Positions 1-8,106 of a stretch of DNA of 11,729 bases are shown here, in pieces. The position numbers and the translations under genes were made by a program. The notes beneath the pieces were generated by a model. That model did not search any database, was not told the origin of the DNA, and worked only from the letters and a program-made list of their open reading frames with translations. How positions within the stretch are numbered: position 1 is the stretch's first letter; every line of letters begins with the position of its first letter. The stretch is from Candidatus Poribacteria bacterium (GTDB taxonomy: Bacteria > Poribacteria > WGA-4E > UBA9662): assembly GCA_046582655.1 (NCBI GenBank), contig JAYGDX010000401.1, forward strand, positions 1 through 11,729, written 5' to 3'.

Positions 1-1002
1 TTGTCTGCCGAGAGTCCAAGCTGGCCAACTTTGTTCCTGTACCCTTCGAATTCCGCGTTTGAGGGAAACTGTGATGATAACACACAGCGAAAGCCTATAT
101 AGTAAACTTGAGAAGGCTGAATTCATTCCACCACGATCAGCTACACGCAAATAGAGAAAATTATCGTTATTCCATGATCCTCCCCGAATAACACGTTGTG
201 TTTCCACATTAGCAGATTGACTATTCTCAAATGATATCAAGTCTCCAGCCACCGGGTTATCTTTCTGATCTTTTACATAGAAGTATGGATCGTACTCATC
301 CACACACCATTCCATTACATTACCAGCCATGTCGTATAGCCCATAGCCGTTCATTGGATAACTAGCCACAGGTGCAGTTCGTCCCCAGCCATCTATCCCT
401 TGTGGATCACCATAATTAACATTATCAGAACTAAACCGATCTCCCCATGGATATCGACCACCAACCAGCCCTCCTCGCGCCGCCTTTTCCCACTGCGCTT
501 CAGTCGGAAGTTGTTTCCCAACCCATCGGCAATAAGCAGCAGCACCGTACCAAGTCACCTCAATCACAGGATGGTTCTCAAATCCGCCCTTAGGTCGATA
601 TCTTCCATCAACAAATTCAATCAATACATGGTCACTGTTAAGATCTAGCAGTTGATGTCCAAATTCATCAGCGTTTTGTGTCCGGTCATTGAGAAATTTG
701 GCATACATTCTATTAGTAACTTCAGTAACATCTATGTAGAATTCATCGGTATAGACCACATGTTGAGGAGTTTCCGCCTCAAACCATGAACGTTTAGCCC
801 CTTTACCTGCAAAATCGCGTATCAATAGATCAATTTCTGCTTCGCTAGTTCCCATTTTAAATTCCCCCGTCGGAACTAGAATCATCTCAGCCCCATCTAT
901 GCTGATCATAGTTTCAGCCGGGATATAATCCACAATTCCAAATCCAAATACCACCATTAAAACCAAGGATAGTAACTTTGTCCAATTGCTGGTCACGAAC
1001 AT
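1..1002 (-). CDS. Formylglycine-generating enzyme (FGE-sulfatase/SUMF1) family protein with N-terminal signal/membrane anchor; 3' end beyond window; apparent frameshift near 96-122
   Basis: Absent from the ORF track because it has no stop in the window. Manual translation from ATG at 1002 (preceded by GAAAGAGA) gives MFVTSNWTKLLSLVLMVVFGFG...EMILVPTGEFKMG...ETPQHVV...DVTEVTN...HPVIEVTWYGAAAYCRWVGKQLPTEAQWEKAARGG...YPWG...NGYGLYDMAGNVMEWC...RVIRGGSW. These are hallmark FGE-sulfatase motifs. The closing YYIGFRC motif (GFRC at 95-84) is in the +1 frame. Confidence 0.9.
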   Translation of the reverse strand, partial: MFVTSNWTKLLSLVLMVVFGFGIVDYIPAETMISIDGAEMILVPTGEFKMGTSEAEIDLLIRDFAGKGAKRSWFEAETPQHVVYTDEFYIDVTEVTNRMYAKFLNDRTQNADEFGHQLLDLNSDHVLIEFVDGRYRPKGGFENHPVIEVTWYGAAAYCRWVGKQLPTEAQWEKAARGGLVGGRYPWGDRFSSDNVNYGDPQGIDGWGRTAPVASYPMNGYGLYDMAGNVMEWCVDEYDPYFYVKDQKDNPVAGDLISFENSQSANVETQRVIRGGSWNNDNFLYLRVADRGGMNSAFSSLLYRLSLCVIITVSLKRGIRRVQEQSWPAWTLGRQ

Positions 1003-1119
1003 TCTCTTTCAAGATTGGGGGATGATTGCCAAGTAGATACTCATTGCGTATAACAAAGTTAATACATATCATTCCTTTACAGAATATACTGGCTTTATGT
1101 TCTTGCCTAATTCAAGCTA

Positions 1120-1389
1120 TCACTTCAGGATAATCATCTTCTGCGTGGATGTGTAGCCTTCTGTCCTCAGGGTATAGAAGTAGGTACCACTGGCTACTCT
1201 TTCACCTGTATCAGTCTTACCATCCCAATAGACGGCTCTTGATTGCCTGACATAGCTTCCCGCTTGCAGATAACCCACCCCGATGCTTCTAACTGGTGTT
1301 CCTACCACATTATAAATGCTGACTGACACTTCACTATCTTGGCTAAGCTCAAAAGAAATGGAAGACCTTATTTTCGTACGATCTTCCAT
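1120..1389 (-). pseudogene. Isolated C-terminal FlgD-Ig / secretion-tail (T9SS type A sorting-like) domain, apparently N-terminally truncated
   Basis: ISFELSQDSEVSVSIYNVVGTPVRSIGVGYLQAGSY...AVYWDGKTDTGERVASGTYFYTL...TQKMIILK matches the typical C-terminal FlgD-Ig-like tail. The usual preceding NYPNPFNPETW segment is absent, and the ORF start overlaps the end of the upstream gene. Confidence 0.7.
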
Positions 1390-4184
1390 TTACCTTCAGT
1401 AGAGATCACAATTGTTGTATTTCCAACTCTCACACTAGCGTTGCCATCCGCGTCCATGCTGGTTTCCAAATGATCAAGCAGATGGGTAACATCTTCGCCA
1501 TCGTTGAACGGGATAATCACGCTCAAGAAGACTTTTGGCTGACCTGCTTTGACAATAGAAGCGGCCCATGAGCTGTTTGTATTGATTTCACGGGAAAAAT
1601 CCGGCGTGGATTCATGTTGGAGTTGACCATAGGTCTGGTCGGCGGCAGGATGAATATAAACAAGAACACGTTTTTTCCCCTTTTTCCAGGAGGCATGATC
1701 AAAAGCCGGTGCGTCGAACCAGTGACGTTTGCCGTCATGCGTTGGAGGCATGTTTTCGAACTTTCGCCATTGATGGCCATCTTCATGTTGGCCTTCGGTC
1801 CATTGGCCATCGGCTCGCAGGCACCAGATGGGACCAACACAATAACCATTCGTCTCGGAGCCTACAACGTAGACATCACGTACAACAAGAACACCTTCCC
1901 AAGTCAGTAATGTGTGACGGGTCCAAGTACTCCGGGCACCAAAGTAATTACGGTAGGTAAAACTACCAAAAGAATCCCTGTCGCGGTCCTCAACGAACAC
2001 AGAATCCGGCTCCAGAATCCCGCCGCGAACATCGTGCGATGGAACCACAGTGCGATCATTGAGAATCATGTCTGAAACTAAAGCTGGCGAACCCGTTTGA
2101 CCGTAACGCCAACCTTGCCGATAGCGCAGATGGGGTTCGCTGCTGCTACCCTTGAAATCAAAACTCACGCGTGTGTAATCTTCAGCCAAGTTGAACTCAT
2201 GATGAGAGACACCCACCCGCAGGGCATACGAGAAATCGGGCTCTATTGTGACTTCCAAGGCCTTCCTGCCGTCCTCAGTAACAATAGTCACTGGCATTGG
2301 ATCTACGGCTTCCCACTCCCTATCTGGATCAGACAACCTGCGTCGTGTAACCTTGAAATTCTCAGGTTGATGGGAAAAATTCGCCAGCATAATGTCGCCC
2401 TTGGGACCAACAAGTCGAAGGTTCCGCAGGAAGACCTTGTCCACCTTACCGTTCTCATCCGGGCTACCATTCAGGCGCAAGGTGACACTGCGCAATGTAT
2501 AATCGTTGAGGTATATCAGACCATCCATGTTGGCGGCAGAGGCTCCTACTGGGTCATCGACCCGCCTCCATGTCCAATGATCGTGCAACTCCGGTGCGTA
2601 GCGCCAGTTCTTCGAATCAGGACCGGTGCGACAATGTGTGATGCTGGGCAAACTGCACGAGGCTCGACGCCAGACATGGGCAGTCTGGTCCAGAAAAGCA
2701 TGACGTCCCCAATGATGTTCCGGCATGGCGGAATGCATTGGAAAGGCATCATCCGGATGCCGAACCATCAGCATATCGTAGTAGGCTTGACCAATGAATA
2801 TTCCGTTGTATTTGCCTGATGATCCAATCAGCTTCGCGCCGTCAACACAATATTCGTACAACCGCCCCATGGCATCACCGAAACAATGCATGTATTCGTT
2901 GTTGCGATCAAACAGGTAGAAGGAGGCAAATGGTTGATCCTGTTCCCTTCCTGCGCACAAGTTAAAGTCGTTCTTTGATACGATAAATGGTTGGACTTAG
3001 AAGACCAATCGATGAACCAGTTTCGGGGGGCTTTGGTTCGATGCCGTGCTCGATGAACCAAGCAAAACGTCGGGCATACGCATTCTTCCATTGCCTCCGC
3101 ATTTCATCCTGGTCCTCTCCTATTGGCGGTTCAGGACCAATGCTGGTTTGAGCCGCTGCCCAAAGGAATTCTGGGTCCCTGAATTCCTGAGCTGCCCGAT
3201 ACCAGAAGTCTGGAACTAAGATGTCTCCGTAGTAGTCGCATGCCATGGGTTGGCAAACATTGCCCTGGTGGTGAAATTGACATTAGCCTGGGCCCCTGCA
3301 TTGGGATTTCCCCGAACACCCATGCCGTGATTCAGCAACACGTATCGCCTAGCCATGGTATGGATGAGTTTGCGATTGGCAGGTTCCTTGATTTTTCCAG
3401 TTTCAGAAGCGATGTCGAACATCCCAGACAAGTGAAGGCCACCATAGGGGAAATGGTTCACCTCGAAAATATCACCATGCTCTACAAGTTCTCTCCATTG
3501 TCGCTCAACCCATGCCTCCAATTCCTCAGCCCTTGGCATATGGGGAAAACACGAACGGCTGCCGCGATCCCACCGGTATTTTTGTACGGACGATTGTTGG
3601 CGCCGCGCTCCAAGCGGTTGAAATCCAGGAAGTCTTCGCTAAGACTTTGCACGACGATTTCCCTAAACAAGGCCCGTTCCTCCCTACTCAGAATTTCCTG
3701 CTTGACCAGTTCTTCGTAAATCAACATACGGGCGTGTGATCCCCAACCTCCATGACTGCCGCCACCATGGACATCGCGGAGAAAGACTTTGTCACTGGAA
3801 ATCCGAGTCGACTTGTTTCCATCCATGGATGTGTTGAAGATATAGAACATCTTCCCTTCCCCCTTGAGCATCCAAAGCACGATACCGATCGAGCACCGCG
3901 CCACGAAAATAAGCGGCTAACATCTTCAACGCATTCTCGTCACGACGCCCTTCGTCAATATATCGGCGCAGGAGAAATTCCCAATCGAACCAATCTCTTG
4001 AAAACGAATGTGTCTTGGCTTCAGCGGTCTGCTTTCTCAGCACTTTGGCAGCTTGGTCAATGTTCTCAAACTGCTCGTAAGAATCGAGAACGGATTGTTG
4101 AGGTACAGCCCCACGGGACTGCTCACTAAAGCCGAAAAGGGAGGCAACCAGCATCAGCAGGCAAATCGGTGTGAGTTTGGTCAT
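1368..4184 (-). pseudogene. Large secreted hypothetical protein (~938 aa when joined; possibly heparinase II/III / alginate-lyase-like architecture), split by four frameshifts
   Basis: Five consecutive overlapping or abutting - strand ORFs (4184-3792, 3904-3482, 3539-3216, 3246-2962, 2960-1368) join through +1, -1, -1, +1 shifts. The net shift is 0, giving 2817 nt = 939 codons. The start has an RBS (GAAAGGA) and a signal-peptide-like MTKLTPICLLMLVASLFG. The lyase-like call is a weak inference from a helical-looking N-half and beta-rich C-half (WTRHTLLTWEGVLVVRD, KVFLSVIIPF). Confidence 0.75.
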
Positions 4185-4237
4185 TGCAGTGCATCCTTTC
4201 GTATTGTTGGGACACCTACCATATTAGTTAGCCTCAA

Positions 4238-4256
4238 GATTAGCCAATAGCTAATC
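4238..4256. promoter_or_regulatory. Perfect 7-bp inverted repeat GATTAGC-N5-GCTAATC, candidate operator or hairpin
   Basis: Seen directly, 54-72 bp upstream of the 4184 start codon. Confidence 0.35.
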
Positions 4257-4362
4257 CTGTTGCTTGAGCGCTTATTTAACAATGTTTATTGTGTAAAATC
4301 CAGTAACTTCTGAATGATATGGCGAATCTGTTGGCAAACAAGTTTTCACACTCGCTTCGGCA

Positions 4363-4382
4363 ATTCTATCACGATTAATATA
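4363..4382 (-). promoter_or_regulatory. Conserved upstream motif copy 1, containing extended -10-like TGATAGAAT
   Basis: + strand ATTCTATCACGATTAATATA, 17/20 identical to 5379-5398. Confidence 0.45.
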
Positions 4383-4504
4383 TCAGAGTAAATCAAGTGA
4401 GATGTAATTCTGTTTTGCTTAACTGCTAATATTTGCCTCCGAGAAAGCCTCAATTGTAACTGAGAAGTGAAAGCCAACACCATCGTACGGCAAACGGCTC
4501 GACT

Positions 4505-5299
4505 TCAGTTTTTTTGCAATGCACGCCAGCGATCGTAATACACATGCATGGCTGGTGGCAGGAAAGCGCGTACACTCTCGTCTAAGCGCCATTCAAATCT
4601 GCTATCCACTTTCTCTTCTAATGCTTCATCCGCTTCCCACTTGCGCCAACTGGCGGCTAGGGTCAGGCGTTCCGCATCCGTCCTCATACTGCCGCGGTGA
4701 ATGGTCTTACCACACCAGAAAGCGACCTGTCCGGCCTTTAAGGCAATCACCTGCTGTCCAGGCAAGTCATCATGGGGTGAGTTGACCAGACATTCACGTT
4801 CGCGTTCTGTACGGTTGCGCAATTGACTACCGGGTATAATTTGCAAGCAATCATCGTCCACCAGGGCAAGATACCACCTGAGGTTGTTCATTGGCTGGTT
4901 GAGTACCTCTATCTCTCCTTCTAGCTTGGGGTCTCTATCACCAATGTCACGGTGCCAGCCGCCGGGAAAATCCTGGTGATGTGGGTTGGTACGCAAGTCA
5001 ATCCATCCCAGTCGCAATTCGTCGCCAAGGAAGGAACGGGTGCAATCCATAAATGACTGATGGAGCATGTACTCGGCAAAAATGGGTTCATTGAATTCTG
5101 GGGCGATAAGCCCCCGGATACACCAGGGTTCGGAAGTAGAAGCCCAGTGGGTGTAAACGTCCACAGTGCCTTCTCGCACTTTCTTCTTGACTCGCCAGCA
5201 AGCTGCCCTGAGCTCTTCGAACATGGAGACAGGTATCATGTCATCCACTACGAAATATCCCTCGGTTTGGTATTGTTTCTTATGTTCTCCGGTAATCAT
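4505..5299 (-). CDS. Phytanoyl-CoA dioxygenase (PhyH) family Fe(II)/2-oxoglutarate oxygenase
   Basis: 264-aa ORF with N-terminal QYQTEGYFVV, HxD motif GWHRD, LQIIPGSQ, and distal His/Arg LKAGQVAFW...IHRG...ERLTL. Confidence 0.88.
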   Translation of the reverse strand: MITGEHKKQYQTEGYFVVDDMIPVSMFEELRAACWRVKKKVREGTVDVYTHWASTSEPWCIRGLIAPEFNEPIFAEYMLHQSFMDCTRSFLGDELRLGWIDLRTNPHHQDFPGGWHRDIGDRDPKLEGEIEVLNQPMNNLRWYLALVDDDCLQIIPGSQLRNRTERERECLVNSPHDDLPGQQVIALKAGQVAFWCGKTIHRGSMRTDAERLTLAASWRKWEADEALEEKVDSRFEWRLDESVRAFLPPAMHVYYDRWRALQKN

Positions 5300-5378
5300 G
5301 GTTCCTGAGTAATCCTTTTATATTTTTTATAAATAACCATTTTATCGTGATAAGCAGATTAAACTAACTGGATGACGC

Positions 5379-5398
5379 ATTCTATCGCGATTGATGTA
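5379..5398 (-). promoter_or_regulatory. Conserved upstream motif copy 2, containing -10-like TAGAAT; related palindrome TTATCGTGATAA at 5342-5353
   Basis: + strand ATTCTATCGCGATTGATGTA, ~80 bp upstream of the PhyH start at 5299. Confidence 0.45.
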
Positions 5399-5470
5399 CG
5401 GGAAAAAGAAGTTGGCCAGTTGACAATAACAGCATGAAAATCACACAATTAACTCCTGGATTTAGAGCCG

Positions 5471-6535
5471 CTAAACTGGTCGCCAACGTATGAGGGAGAA
5501 ATATGATTTTCCCATTGCGTTTTCCCATTTACTAACATCGCCGTAACAAGAACCGATAAAGGTGAGTATCTCTCTGCCATCTAAGGTGATATGCCGTGGA
5601 AAGCCGGCAACATCTCCATGACAAAGGTAGTAGACTTCATCCTGCCAACTTTTCCCATTGTCGTGGCTTATCATCGCCCGGCCAGTACCCAATTCTCGGG
5701 GATAACGATGGTCATAGGCGACAACAATCCGGTTACCAGAAAGGCCGATCGCTGCTCCGTGACACTGGCCATGAACGCTGGTTAATTGACGAAGGTTCTC
5801 CCAGGTTAGTCCGCTATCCACAGAGTCAGCCAGAAAAACAGTCTTGTTGGTCTGGGGTTGGTCAGTAGGTCCCGGCTGATAACGGATAACCGCCAGCAAC
5901 CGTTCAGGACAAAGTTCTGTGATGTTGACTTCATTACCGTAGTCTGACAAGAAAGACCGCTGAGGAAAAGTGTGCCCACCATCACTAGACCGGAAAGTGT
6001 AGGTGGGGTTAGTCCCTTCATAAAATGGTTGATCGCGCCTTTTAATGGGTAGTACCAGTGTTCCGTCGCTAAATCGTGTCAGGCTATTACCAACCACTGT
6101 TTTTTGAAATGGAGTGACATCTATTTGGCAAATCTGCTCCCATTTTCCGCCTTCATCGCTAGAAACTCAGACGGTGACAGGTCCCTCTTCACCGTCTTGA
6201 TTGACGTTAACTAGTTGGCCTTCTTGATTAACCTGCAAGAGCCATCCGTTGAATCCAAATGCGGCAGGATCCCTCTTGAGATGTTCCCAGGTCTGTCCAC
6301 CATCTGTGGACTTGGAGATAATGGTTTGTTGAGAGGCGTAGATGGTGCCATCGGGAGCTAGAATCAGTCCCAACCCCTGGTAATGGCCCTGAGGATCCAA
6401 GGGCATACTGATTTTCTCCACTTCGATCTGTTCCAGCTGGCCATGGCGGGCGTGCAGTATATAGTCACCTGCCTGCATTTTCCTTAATTGCCCCGGTGTA
6501 ACGACCACGCCACCCATGTTTTCAGTCGATAACAT
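5471..6535 (-). pseudogene. BNR/Asp-box repeat (sialidase-like beta-propeller) protein, 354 codons, interrupted by one in-frame TGA at 6169-6167
   Basis: ORFs 6535-6167 and 6097-5471 share a frame and the gap reads VTV*VSSDEGGKWEQICQIDVTPFQKTVVG with no other stop. Five Asp-boxes are present: STDGGQTW, SSDEGGKW, SSDGGHTF, SVDSGLTW, SHDNGKSW. An RBS (AGGAG) lies upstream of the ATG at 6535. Confidence 0.85.
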
Positions 6536-6710
6536 CTGTAGTGCTCCTACTTACATCTATCTTGTTGTATCCTGAATCTGTTTTTCGTATGATTGGCAGA
6601 ATGGATTATACTATTAAAGCAGTCAAAAGAGGAACAATACGGTACTATTTCCCTATACCAAAAGTGAAGAGGTTGTCAGTTAAATCCGAAGCAAACGATT
6701 TTATTCCACC

Positions 6711-6725
6711 CCTTATAATATAAGG
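6711..6725. promoter_or_regulatory. Palindrome CCTTAT-AAT-ATAAGG overlapping a TATAAT (6714-6719) in the divergent intergenic region
   Basis: Seen directly, ~100 bp upstream of the 6824 start. No good -35 element at canonical spacing. Confidence 0.35.
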
Positions 6726-6823
6726 TTTATCCTAGAATGAAGTTATTTACTTTTTGCTTGTGAGGGAGAAGTGAGATTGGATCTATTCGCATCTCTATGA
6801 AATACTGAGACAGGACAAAATTA

Positions 6824-8074
6824 ATGAGTACAAGCGACCGTATTGAAAGAGACAAGCAGGTAGCACTGGAGACACTTGAGCCATCCCAAAAGGACTTGGA
6901 TCATGGATTGGAGTTGCATAAAGAGTTTATCGTCTTTGATTCTTACGGCTTCTCACCGACATCAGTTCCTGATTCAGGCGTTCTGGCTAAGGCAATCGAA
7001 GCTGGAGCTTGGCCCAATGAATTGCAGGACTTGACAGAAGAGATGTCCATGACCCGGCATCTGACTGATCCTATCGGTTTACAATCGTACAAAGAGGCTT
7101 GGAAAGCATCTGGAGTCACCTGCGTATTTCAGAATGCGGGACAGGAAGGTAACCGCATGGACCGGATTATCAAGCGTCATGCCCGTTTTACTTACGTTAC
7201 GGACAAACTGGGCGATTTCGTCTTCAGAGCCGCCTTTCCACAGGACATAGAACAAGCCAAACAGGAAGGCCGGCACTGCCTCTACTTTTCGGCCAATGGG
7301 GTGCCTGTCCCCCAGCGGTGGGACACGGTAGCGGAAGAACTCGGATTTATTCGGATTTTCTATCAGCTTGGTTGCAGAATGATGCATCTGACCTACAACC
7401 GCTGGAACATGATTGGCGTGGGATGTGGCGAAGACTCGACAGGTGGGTTGAGCGATTTCGGACATGAAGTGGTTCGGGAAATGAACCGGGTTGGCATAAT
7501 CGTGGATGTAGCACATTCAGGCTTACAAACCAGTATGGATGCGGCGAAAACTTCAGAAAAACCAATGGTGGCCAGTCATTCTTCCTGCTGGTCTTTAAAG
7601 GAACACTGTCGTGCCAAGACAGACGAGATAATGCGGGCTATTTTCCAAACAGAAGGTTATATGGGTATCTGCTGTATCCCTTCCTTTCTAGGCGGCACAG
7701 GAGACATTATAGCCTTGCTCGACCACATCGATTACATCGTGAAGAACTTCGGTGCTGACTACGTAGCCATCGGCACGGACGTCGGCTACAGGATCCAGAC
7801 CTATGACGACCAACCCAAGAGTGTTCAGTCTCAAAAGTTGCGTACTGCTTTCCGTTCGTTGTGGCCGGAAAACAGTTTCACACCGGAATACCAGCAGAGC
7901 TGGCAAATGCAGAGCCTGGCTTGGACCAACTGGCCGCTATTTACGGTGGGGTTGGTTCAGCGAGGACACTCGGATGAGGATATCCAGAAGATCATCGGCG
8001 GGAATGTAATGCGGGTAGCGCAAGCAGTTTTACCAGATAAACCGAGTTTTGCCTTCCTAGTAACGTTGACTTGA
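6824..8074 (+). CDS. Membrane dipeptidase (peptidase M19)-like amidohydrolase-superfamily protein
   Basis: 416 aa with motifs LGCRMMHLTYNRWN, GLSDFGHEVVREMNRVGIIVDVAH, PMVASHS, HCRAKTDE, DHIDYIVKNFGADYVAIGTD and GHSDEDIQKIIGGNVMRV. RBS AGGA. Confidence 0.88.
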   Translation: MSTSDRIERDKQVALETLEPSQKDLDHGLELHKEFIVFDSYGFSPTSVPDSGVLAKAIEAGAWPNELQDLTEEMSMTRHLTDPIGLQSYKEAWKASGVTCVFQNAGQEGNRMDRIIKRHARFTYVTDKLGDFVFRAAFPQDIEQAKQEGRHCLYFSANGVPVPQRWDTVAEELGFIRIFYQLGCRMMHLTYNRWNMIGVGCGEDSTGGLSDFGHEVVREMNRVGIIVDVAHSGLQTSMDAAKTSEKPMVASHSSCWSLKEHCRAKTDEIMRAIFQTEGYMGICCIPSFLGGTGDIIALLDHIDYIVKNFGADYVAIGTDVGYRIQTYDDQPKSVQSQKLRTAFRSLWPENSFTPEYQQSWQMQSLAWTNWPLFTVGLVQRGHSDEDIQKIIGGNVMRVAQAVLPDKPSFAFLVTLT

Positions 8075-8106
8075 ATACAGTTGATCGATTTTCTGCATCG
8101 ATATTC

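Noticed and set aside
2097..2819. 240-aa + strand ORF, and other + strand ORFs at 400-648, 1614-1960, 3240-4250, 4519-5308 and 5591-5868
   Set aside because: Antisense shadows of well-supported - strand genes, with no recognisable motifs.
6167..6169. Alternative genetic code (TGA=Trp/Gly)
   Set aside because: TGA acts as the terminator at natural domain ends elsewhere (1120, 4505, 8074), and other Trp positions use TGG.
6541..6723. 60-aa + strand ORF in the divergent intergenic region
   Set aside because: GTG start overlaps the antisense RBS of the BNR gene, has no RBS of its own and no motif. The region is better explained as promoter DNA.
6898..6907. GGATCATGGA matching the FGE GGSW codons (possible DGR template repeat)
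   Set aside because: Only 10 bp, inside another coding gene, and the flanks do not align.
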